Assembly: GCA_951406725.2 (NCBI GenBank) | Contig: OX597815.1 | Location: forward strand, 76,074,001 to 76,138,000 | DNA from: Octopus vulgaris | Lineage: Eukaryota | DNA: 64,000 nt | Reading direction: 5' to 3' | Shown here: positions 53,526 through 64,000 of the stretch, one piece after another | How positions within the stretch are numbered: the first letter of the stretch is position 1 | How the letters are laid out: every line of letters begins with the position of its first letter | Made by a program: the position numbers and the translations under genes | Notes under the pieces: model-generated | Database searches by the model: none | Told to the model about the DNA's origin: nothing | Seen by the model: only the letters and a program-made list of their open reading frames with translations

Positions 53526-54399
53526 GAAGGATGGAAATATATTTTTGCATATAAAAATTATTTATTTTGGAATATTTTTATATATAAATATTCACATCTT
53601 TCAGTTGAAACATAAAACCTAGTATTTGGTAAGCACATCCACTATGCATCAAGGAAATAGTCTTGTATCTCATTTCTATACCAAGGAAGGCCAGGGTTTT
53701 ATTTTTGCTACTGCTGCTACCACTCTCCCATAATCTAACAATGAAGTATCTTTCTAGTGCTTTATTATCCTGAAATGTTTCTATTACAATCTCAAAGATG
53801 TCAGTACTTATATTGTATGCTTTTGGTGTAAGGGCAATATTTTTCAGATTTTTCTAGCCACTCTGCACTCTTGTTAAACTTATTACTTCTCAATCTAGAT
53901 TTTCTCAAGCATGGACTGTATCTCCTTGAAAAGGAGCCTCTGTCAATTTCCCCCTCATATCCCTGTTAACTGCTGATTGGATTTTGACAATTTCTTTTTT
54001 TTTTTTTGATGGTTGAACTGCAGATAATGTTATAAATAAAGCCTTTTTGCAGCCTTTTGTAAATGATTTCAGCTTTCTTTGGAAAAGTTGTACATACAAG
54101 AGCCTAAAATTTTATCTGAAATCCATGTTTGACATCTAAATTGGCCTATCTTGAAGACTTGAGTAGATGTTTTGATATTCTGGCACCTATTTGAAGACCC
54201 CAATTTCAGTAAATAAAGGGAGAAATTGAACTGCCAAATATACTTGGATTTCACACTGATGAAGCATGTTAAGTCGTTCAATAGTTTAACCCCAAAGCAT
54301 ACACGTCTTTGCAATAAGTGTATATAATCTATTTTTTGTAATGTAACATAAACATATCTAATTAGGAAGACAAAAAAAGATAAACTCTGATCACTGCAT

Positions 54400-56257
54400 C
54401 AATCTTTGTGAGAGAAATTCAAGTGGATTTCTTTAGTAATCTTAGTAGAAAAATGTTGCAATGGGATGGTTGTATAGTAATTTTTACAAAAAGAATACTG
54501 AAATGATACCATTAAACTACAAATAGAGAGTTGAAATGGAAGGCTTGATGTAATTTTTGCAGAACAGCACTTATGAAATAAAACTGGGTTTATATTTTGT
54601 TTGTGCTGGTACAGACGATGATGGTCACTTACTTAATATTGGTAAAATGCCTCAATTCTTTATAATTCTAATGCAAAAATTGAGTTGGTTTCTCATTAAT
54701 AAAACACTCATGTACAGTATGTAAGAGAATGATCTGATGATGATTTGATCTTAAGCAATCATGGATGTAATTTTAACTGAGAATGTATTTTATAATTTGG
54801 TCAAAAATATTACCATGATGTCTATGAACTCATTAGAAGTGTCATTCTAGAGCATTGTGAAGTCCTTATACTGCATATTCAATTAAATTTAAAGAATGGA
54901 AGAAGCTGATCAGAGGAAGTTCAAATTTTTTGGCACCCAGTTAGCCAATATCCTGAGAACTCTTAATACCAAAGATCACATCATTGTTAAATATTACCAA
55001 AGTATCTGTACTGACCTTTATTCCTTTGAATTGGATCAACATTACACTGATCATGCACAAATTACTAGGTTACATGTGGTAACTCACTGAGGTTTATGAG
55101 AGTAATGGACTTGGTCAGCTTGATCAATCTGGTTTGGAGGTCTGTAACAAAATGCTCAGAAAATTCAAGACATATTTAGGGAGAAAGACAGGCGAGACAC
55201 AAAGTTTGAATGACACATTCACCTGGTTTTGGTTGAATTATGATGAAGTTAATCAACAATGGAGACACTCTACCATGGTATGAAAATTGCAGAGGGAGAG
55301 GACTTTCCAAAGAAGTAGATGCCTTGTTGAGTTATATTAAATCAAAATCTGGAGACTTAATACAAGTTATAAAGTTTTGAATTAGTTTTCTACATCAGAG
55401 TTCTTGTCAAGTAAATTTTTCCAGATTTTTTTTTTGTAAAATGTGGATAATCTATGACAAATTTTGTCTAAAAGATCTTTCTTATCAACCTTACTTCCTT
55501 CTTTTGTGAGTTATGTTACTACTGTCTCTTACTTTACCATACCACCATGTTACTTTAAATTTTTTTTAAACTTTCAAAAGGATATTATTGATATAATTGG
55601 TATATATATATAAAAAAAAAAATAACCATAATTTGATGAAAATTATAAGATGGGTAAAAAGTGGAGAAAAGCATATACAATATCAATCTTGTTTTCTTTT
55701 TAAAAAAAGGACAAAGGGTAACATCTTGGAATCTGGTATTAAATTAAACATGTCTTGAATTTTTAAAATCAAATAACTTTTGGATATTAACATGTACTCT
55801 TTTTTTCCTACAAAATTACATTTGTGGGAAACCACATAAAATTTGAATAAATTTTGCTGAATTTTAGGGATAAATTCCTTAGCATCCACAAAAAAAATCT
55901 TCAACAGCATTCCTAGAATTGCAAGAAAATAGCTTCTGTTTGAATAAAATTCATACTTTAGCCTCTTTTCTTCCCTTAGATGACCCCCCCCCCTCCACAA
56001 AAAAAAAATTCCAAGATAAAATTTTCAAGCCATTTTTCATTTTGGTGATTTTTGATCGGTAACATTTTGACATGGTTCACATACTGTTTACTTGTGCATG
56101 ACTCAGCTTCAAAATGCTATGAAATTTCTAAAAATTGAATTTTATTTTACCCTTTTTTGTATTAGCTGAGATATTTATTGCAGTTTTGAGAAATTACATC
56201 AAAACACTTTTGAAAAACCTTCAAATGCTTGAAATGTCCAGCCCTGGGTCCACCGTG
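54400..56257 (+). mobile_element. Degraded Transib/RAG1-like transposase remnant with right terminus
   Basis: ITRLHVVTH then NGLGQLDQSGLEVCNKMLRKFKTYLGRKT..SLNDTFTWFWLNYD at about 55060-55245; terminus reads CACGGTG on the reverse strand at 56257. Left boundary uncertain. Confidence 0.6.
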
Positions 56258-56902
56258 TAGTTGGATATTGAGTTTAAAAACCTCTTTGTTTGGAAACAAT
56301 AATGTCAAAGGCTGCACATTGGATTTGAACCTGTACCTTCTGTAAAAATGTCAGATGTTCTACCATTATACAAAAGCAACCCTTCAAGTTTTTTTCCATC
56401 CATTTTAGAAGCTGTCTTCTTACGAGCAAAAATTGTTTGTTGTTTACATTTTATAAATTTAGAAACTTCTAGAGATATGAAGTATATAATTTTAATTGTG
56501 GAACTTGAAGCAGATAAATCTATGTATATAATAGTCTGTAGGATATTGGGTTAAAAAGCCGCTTGGATGAAAGAAGTCAAAAGCTGCCCATGGGATTTGA
56601 ACCCACATTTGCAAACCTAAAACATTTTAACTATTTTATTAAAGTGACCTTTCAAATTTTCTCCATCTATTCTAGAAGCTTTGTTTTTATCAATGGGAAT
56701 TTTTTGTGTGTCTGTGTGTGTGAATATTCTTTTTAAATGTAATATACACTTTTGTATTGTTTCTTTTAGAATTTACTAAATTTCTAAATCATTTAACCTT
56801 GCAATAGATATTTTTCTTTTCCCAGTGATTCCACTTCTCCTTTCTTTTCCTCTTCTCTTTATCATTGCTAATGTTGTCTATTTGTCTTTTTCTGTTTTTC
56901 AG

Positions 56903-57026
56903 ATTTCTGAGCTTTGTGGAGCTAAAAGATTAGGTCACTTTGGTCGAAGTCAGTTTTATATTGCTTTGAAACTGATTGCTGCTGTTCAGTGTGGTCTTCC
57001 AGCCAAATTAGATAGCCTCAACCTGG
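56903..57026 (+). CDS. REPS1: Internal coding exon of a RalBP1-associated Eps-domain protein (REPS1/REPS2 family), N-terminal EH-like domain
   Basis: Polypyrimidine tract and AG at 56901-56902; GTAAT donor at 57027. The 124 nt encode [41 protein letters not shown] plus 1 nt, closely resembling vertebrate REPS1 (recalled as [24 protein letters not shown]). Phase 0 in, phase 1 out. Confidence 0.9.
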
Positions 57027-57257
57027 GTAATTTCTTTTGGATATCATTTACACATTCTCTTGCTTTATATCTACAGCTTAATTCTCTTATTTTCTTTTAG
57101 GAATTTAGTCTTATCAGTCTATTTAAGGAAAAACAGATGTATTGAACCTAGCCACCCTTTCTTAGACATTGCAATGAATAGTTAAAATAAAAGCTAAAAA
57201 TATTTTCTGATTTGATTGTTAGTGCTGTACTAAAGCAGCATTTCCAGTATTGTAATA

Positions 57258-58077
57258 TTGAGTTAAAAGTTTTGCAATATTTTGATAACTCATTTGCTTT
57301 ATTTGTCAAGTTAAAAAGAAAGCAACCTGACATTTAAAGTAGAGGCCATCATGTTGCACTGTCTGAAGTTACCTTTCTGCTAGTTCTTTGATCCCACGAT
57401 GATATCAGTTCTTGTCCTTCACTGAAACTTCCACCTCCACTTGGTTGATGAAGTGAATCATGGATTGGGACAAGTAATAATCTGAGGGATATATTTTACT
57501 ACAATCCTAACGTGCATAAGCAGTGGTTAAGCAAGAGCCAACTTCTGGAACCTGTTGCCAAACATAGGCATTTCGAACACAAGGTGATTCTCTGCAACTG
57601 GGGGAATTACGTGGAGATGGTTCACTACCAATTCATTCTGGATGGTTGAGGCATTGGTGCCAACATGTACTTCAAACACTGGAGTGGATGTTTGCCATTG
57701 TGTGGTATCAGTTAACAGAGAGCGAGCACTTCTGTAGCAAGACAATGCAGGCATCATACTGCTCAAAGGGCCTGGTATAAACTCAGGAACTTGAGGGAAA
57801 CAAACTGATAACACACCCTGCATATAGTCTGAATCTAGCTCTCTTCCTGCACTTGCAATGCTTCATCAGCCAAGGAGGTGGAAGCTTCAATGAAGGAGTT
57901 CTTCACCTCGAAGGACAAGAACTAGTCTCAGCTTGGGATCAAAGAACTGGCAGAAAGATGACTACAGATGGTGCAACATGATGGCCTCTACTTTGAGTGC
58001 TTGGCTGCTTTTCTTGTAACTTGAGGAATAAAGCAAATAAGTTGCCAAAATATTGCAAAACTGATGACTTAACACAA
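57258..58077 (+). mobile_element. Mariner-derived fold-back element with two 3' ends
   Basis: Arms 57258-57440 and about 57870-58077 are reverse complements. The interior carries QDNA, HPAYSLNLA and EVEASMKEFFTSKDK..GIKELAER..VQHDGLYFE. TA flanks. Confidence 0.8.
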
Positions 58078-60329
58078 TATTTCAGAAGTTTCTATTTATC
58101 TTTTTGTTTTCCTCTTTGTGATGCTGTGCTTTGCGGTATTTCATTTCTTTACAGCTGAGTTCAAATTCTGGTGAGGTCGACTTTGCCTTTCATCATTTTG
58201 GAGGTTGATAAATTAAGTGCCAGTTGCATACTGGGATCGATGTAATTGACTAGCCCCCCCCCCCCCCCCAAAAAAAAAAATTTCGGGCCTTGTGCCTAGA
58301 TTAGAAAAGAATATTGCTGCTAGCCTAAGTTGCTGGATCACCAAGCAAACTATCACCAATTCAAGCTTTACTGCAGCCACTGTTGTGCTCTTAGGTAAGG
58401 CACAGAATTTTCTTTGCTGTAGATTGTCTTACTGACAAAACAGCTTCCTCACTTATGCAACTGTTTAATGGTTAGTGGTTGAAAGGGCCTTCAGCTGTAA
58501 AAACAGCTGCTTTTCACTCATCATAATCTTGTTTACTTGACTTCATGGTGTGTGATTGTCTCTTGAAGATGTCATCATTTGGAGACAAACCAAGTGGAGT
58601 TTATATCTAAAAATGTTTCACATTATGCAAGTTACAAATATATATCACTGTAAAAATATATCCTAGGTGATGAGAGGTTTAAAGTATGGAACTTGTTTTG
58701 AGTCACTTCTTTCTTACTTTAACTCCTCATCACTTAGCCTAAAGTTGCCTCCCTCTCTACTGTAGTGAATAAGGATCTTAGTCTTGTGAGCTGCATGCTG
58801 ACCTTACTAATGCTGATTCCATGAAAAAAGCTCCCAGCACATTCTGTAAAGTGGTTGGTTGTAAGAAGGGCATCCAGTTGTAGAAACCATGCCAAAGCAG
58901 ACATTGGAGCAAGAAGTCTTTGGGTCTGTTAATTCTGGTCAAATTCTTCAACCCATGCCAAGATGGAAAATGAATGTTAAAAGATGATGATGATTGACAA
59001 CCTACATGCAATAATTTTCTTGTGAGTACTTCTTTGTAAAGGATTAGGCAGTATTGGTATGGACAAGCTTTAACAGCTTTCGTGGCTTGAGATTGCCAGG
59101 TACTTTTTAACATTGTATTTTTTGTCTTTTTTTGTTAAAATAAATGTTTTAATTCATGTCTACCATGAATTAAAACATTTAATTTCTTCTACTTATTTTA
59201 GTTTTATTTCTACTGCTTATATTTGATTAATCTGTGAAATTAATGCTGAGGTATTGCTGTTGAAAGGAAGGTCACACCTATTAAAAGCATGGCCTGGATT
59301 GTCTTGTTAGTGTACATCTTGGAGTCTAAAAGCAAAGTCACCTGTTTGACTTTGACTGTTCATACTTGTCAGTATGTAAAGCTTCTTAAAAATAAGGAAG
59401 CTATCATCATTATACATTCTAGCTTAATGAATTGTCATCATTGTAATTTTTTATTACATTAATTAATGGATGATTAATAACAACAGAGGAAATGCTTGTA
59501 ATTTAAATGATTAATTTTCATCTTCATTTCGTTTATTGTTTTCCCCCACTTACCCTGGTACTGAAGTTAAGTTTTTGCTAGCAATTTCGTGGTATTGATG
59601 AGTGTAGCCTAGAAGCAGTGAAGTGGCTGTCTTTTCTGCTTTTCACCAATTGGACCCCTGCTTTTTCAACTCTGCTTCAGTATTCTACTTCCACCTATTT
59701 TAGGGTGTCTTCCCTTTTGGCTCCTTTGTAGGTTCCAGGTCAGGGTGCAATGTAAAATGTAGAATGTTGGTTTCCTTTTGGATTTTGCTGCTTTGTGTCC
59801 TATGTTTCCTTTAGGGAAGGCTTTCTTCTCTTAGGTCTTGTTGGTTTTGAATTGTTGTTAATGCTTCTGTAACTTTGCTTTTTTTTTCTAGGTAGGGTGT
59901 TGACCTTAGACAAAACCATTTCTACTTTTAGGAAGAGGTGATCCTTATTCCCCTGGTTGCTACTCTTTGCTTTGTCCAACATGGGAGAGGTTACTGGGAG
60001 CTTACATTCTGCTGGCATATCTCTCAGGGTCATTGAGTACACAGACCATCACACTACTACAAGGACTGGACTTTGTGAATTTGTGAAAATGATCTCCTAG
60101 TGACAGTATGCTGAATAATTATTACTATCATTCATCAAATTTACAACATCTGTTCACCCATTTGTTCTAGCACACCATATTTCTATTTATTTTGATCTGG
60201 TATCAGTTTTCTTGGTTTGGTTCTGTCACTATTTGCTCTTATTTAGCTTGTTACATTTTCTCTCTTATACACAAAACCCATAATGGCCACTTTCTGCTCA
60301 ACCTTTCACACCAATCAAGCTTACATTTT

Positions 60330-61345
60330 CATCATCATCATCATTTAATGTCCATTTTCCATGCTGGCATGGGTTGGACAGTTTAACTGAGGACTGGCAA
60401 GCCAGGAGGCTGCACCAGGTTCTAATCTGATCTGGCAAAGTTTCTACAGCTGGATGCTCCTTCCTAACGGTCAACCACTCTGAGAGTGTAGTGGGTGTTT
60501 TTATGTGTCACTACACTCTCAGAGTGGTTGGCATTAGGAAGGGCATCCAGCTGTAGAAACTCTGCCAGATCAGATTGGAGCCTGGTGCAGCCATCTGGTT
60601 TGCCAGTCTTCAGTCAAATCGTCCAACCCATGCCAGCATGGAAAGTGGACATTAAATAATGGTGATGATGATGATGATGATGATGATGAGCACAGGTACC
60701 AGTCAGGTGGCACTGGCATTGACCATGCTTGAATGGTGCTTTCTACATGTCACTGGCACAGGTGCCAATCAGGCAGCACTGGCATTGGCCATGCTTGAAT
60801 GGTGCTTTTTATGTGCCACCTGCACGAGTGCCAGTCAGGCAGCACTGGCATTGACCATAACTACAATTTGACTTGACTCAACAGGTCTTCTCAAGTACAG
60901 CATATTGCCCGATGATTGAAGGGTACTTTTAAATGGGCCAGTTATGCAACACTGCCATCAGCCACAGCTACAATCTCACTTGGCTTGCCAGGTTCTCTGA
61001 AGCACAGCATATCTTCAAATGTTGTGGTCGCTTGTCATTACCTCTTTGAGGCCCATCGTTCGAAAGCTGTGCTTCACCACCTCATCCCATGTCTTCCTGG
61101 GTCTACCTCTTCCACAAATTTTCTCCACAGTTAAGGTGTGACACTTCTTCACACAGCTGTCCTCATCCATATGCAGCACAACCATACCAGTGCAGTCGTC
61201 TCTCTTGCTCACCACATCTGATGCTTCTTATGTCCAACTTTTCTCTCAGGACACTTACACTCTGTCGTGTATGCACACTGACATTACACATCAAATGGAG
61301 CATACTAGCTTCATCTCTTTCAAGCCCATGCATGTCCTCTGCAGT
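60330..61345 (-). mobile_element. RTE LINE 3' fragment containing an opposite-orientation tail copy (60509-60688)
   Basis: GRGRPRKTWDEVV motif in ORF 61015-61215; 66-bp units at 60690-60860; (CAT)n end. Confidence 0.85.
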
Positions 61346-62289
61346 GGAATATAATCAGTTTATTCCTTTTCAATCTCTACAGATCTACTCAATACCTAAG
61401 TCTCATTCTCATACAATATCCCATTTCTTTGATTGTCAGTTGATGTGTTTTACTTTTGCCAACTGCAGTTGTTGCAGATGAACACATACACACATACCTA
61501 CACAACCTGCTTTAATTTAGGGGATCTGATTTTGAAAGATTACTTTATTAGAACCTTCCATAATTAACTAAGATAACATTCTTAATTTTATCAATGAAAC
61601 TTCTTTTTGGTTGAAGTTATACTATTAAATCTAATGTTGATCTGTTATGTATGAACAGTGATTTTTTTTTTCTAGGTTTTCTTTTGTTTTTGATTTATAA
61701 AATTCTTGATGTTAACCATATACCCATAATAAAGACACACATTGGCTCTTATTCACCTCTTTATTTTTTACTTGCCAATTGGTTAACTATTTAACCAGTT
61801 AATTAATCAATTGTTTGATTAATCGTTCAGTCAATCAACTAATCAGTTAGATTTGTCCAAGTCCAACCACCACCATCTGTGACCTTATCAATAGCATGCC
61901 TAACTTCATCATTAAGAAATGCTAATTAATTTCTAAAATACTTAACTGTACATCTTTTAGTTTGCATCATCATTTAGCATCCATTTTCCATGTGTTAGGC
62001 AGTTTGACTGGAACTAGTAAACTGGAGAGCTGGACTCTGTTTTGGCTTGGTTTCTACAGCTGGATGCCCTTCCTAATACCAGCATTGGTGCCTTTTATGT
62101 GTCAGAAAAAGAATAACTGTTTATTATCTATTTTTGATGGATTGTATTTTAATGATACATACATATAATACAGTTGCCTGTATTTGCATGCACATGAATA
62201 AGTAAATACTGAAAGCTTTTTATTTATGTCATTTCTAACATCTTTTTTTTATTTGTTAATCAATTTTAAATTAAATTCTTTTTCCATAG

Positions 62290-62334
62290 CAATGGAGGTT
62301 TCTTTACCAAAATTTCATCGGGCAAATGGACATG
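62290..62334 (+). CDS. REPS1: Next REPS1-like exon, 45-nt symmetric microexon
   Basis: ttctttttccatAG acceptor and consensus GTAAGT donor at 62335. Phase 1 matches the upstream exon and gives (A)MEVSLPKFHRANGH; LPKF resembles the LPLPRF segment after the REPS1 EH domain. Too short for the ORF track. Confidence 0.75.
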
Positions 62335-62548
62335 GTAAGTTTGTTTCTTATATTTTCACAAGTTGACTTGCTTTTTGTTACTTTTATTTTTTTTTATAAG
62401 GCTTAGTCAGAGGAAAAAGGACTGTACCCTTGACCTTTGTAGGGCCCCCAAGACTGGTGGGGTGGGAGGAGGAGGAATAAACTGTGACTCCAGGGTTGCT
62501 GATGTAGGAAGCAGCACATCAGTGTTGAATTATTTTCAGGTTGAACTC

Positions 62549-62583
<35 letters not shown>

Positions 62584-62584
62584 T

Positions 62585-62906
62585 CTTTTATTTGTTTGTC
62601 ATTTGACTGTGGCTATGCTAGAGCACCACCTTTAGTCGAACAAATCAACCCCAGGACTTCTTCTTTGTAAGCCTAGTACTTTGCTGAACCGCTAAATTAT
62701 GGGAATGTAGACATGCCATCATTGGTTGTCAAGTGATGCTGGGAGACACACACACACACGACGGGCTGCTTTCAGTTTCCATTTACCAAATCCATTCACA
62801 AGGCTTTTGGTCGGTCTGAGGCTTTAGTAGGAGACACTTGCCCAAGGTGCCACACTGTGGGACTGAACCTGGAACCATGTGGCTACTTACCACACAGCCA
62901 CTCCTG
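62585..62906 (-). mobile_element. SINE family A with small deletions
   Basis: Colinear with 1388-1768. Confidence 0.85.
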
Positions 62907-64000
62907 TATAAAACCGCACTTTTTGCTTTACCATTTTCATGTCAAAATACATTTTTCTGTGGACAATTATCTATCATTTGAAAGTTCTGGGTGTGAATTT
63001 TCTTATATGTTTGATCAAAATCCAACACTTACATATCATGCCAGGTCCTTTTGGTCACCCTTGTATTTTGCACCCATTCATGTATGTCCTGTTTCAATGC
63101 ACTGGAGCACTGTAACTCAGTTTGTGTTGAAAATAATACAACCATGAAAAGGATTTTTTTTTTTGGCTTATTTTGATATAAAAATCAATAGGAGTATTTT
63201 TCTCCATGTAAACACAATTTATGGAATGATGATGTGGAAGTAATACAGATCTTGTTTAACCTAAGAGTGGTCCTTTGCTGGGATTTAAGGAATAACAAAA
63301 AAAAATTTTGTAATTTAAATTTTTAACCCACCCCTGCACCAGATAAGTCCGTGTGTGTGTGAAAGAAAAAACAAAATTTACTAACAGAAAAGTGTCTTAC
63401 TAAATTATCTTTTTTAAATCACTGTTGATAAATCTCAGCAATAACTTCAGGCTCTCCAATATTTTAAAATTATTAATAGAAACAAAGGTGGGTGGGTGGG
63501 TTTGAAAAAATCATGAGTTTTCAATTTTTTTCTTTATTATCATACTTTTCTGTTAATAAATGTTTTTTTACAATGCACACACACACAAACTCAGTGCTGA
63601 GTGGGGAGAAATGAGGAAGGGACCATGTGGTTGTGGGATGTGCTTGAAACAGCTAAATCTCCCTTGAACCACACAACACACCTTTTTGTCATAAAATAAT
63701 TTTCAAAAATAATTTTTCTTTTTATTGGAAAGGCTTCTCCCATCATTTTGAAGTGCCAAAAAAATTGGTCAAAATTGGTCCAGATTTTTCCAAATTTTTT
63801 TTTCCACAAAAAACTTCCCCCTACCATTTCCAAAGGCACAGTGAGAGAAAAAATTGGAAAAATTTCAATGAAAATGGAGAAAAACCAACTGATGTAGGCA
63901 ACCTGATCCAAAACTTTACCATTTAATGGTTTATAGCCATTTTAAATAGTTCATTAAAATTTCATTGAAATGGTATCATGTCCCAAAATCTCAGGATTTA

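Noticed and set aside
56825-57100. 91-aa ORF as a standalone membrane protein
   Set aside because: The hydrophobic ends are translated polypyrimidine intron; only 56903-57026 is exon.

Overview
AT-rich, repeat-dense animal genomic DNA. The SINE and RTE-LINE families look like those of an octopus (coleoid cephalopod); this is inferred from family resemblance, not from a search. Almost all of the window appears to be intronic sequence of a plus-strand REPS1/REPS2-like gene: a 124-nt EH-domain exon at 56903-57026 and a phase-compatible 45-nt exon at 62290-62334. No first exon was recognised. The remainder is layered mobile DNA: at least three tRNA-derived SINE families, RTE-clade LINE fragments (PHD-like finger inside the RT, 66-bp tandem repeats in the 3' UTR), Hero/NeSL-like fragments, several Tc1/mariner elements (one nearly intact, 1291 bp with TIRs and TA duplications), Tigger/pogo, hAT-Buster and a Transib/RAG1-like remnant. 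The most notable signals are Penelope-like remnants carrying minimal hammerhead ribozymes (one with an intact core at 37317-37394, and one family with a tRNA-like segment upstream of the hammerhead), the RAG1-like remnant ending in a CACGGTG terminus, and long inverted repeats in the intron between the two exons. Most ORF-track entries are spurious. All family assignments come from motif recognition by eye and many boundaries are approximate.
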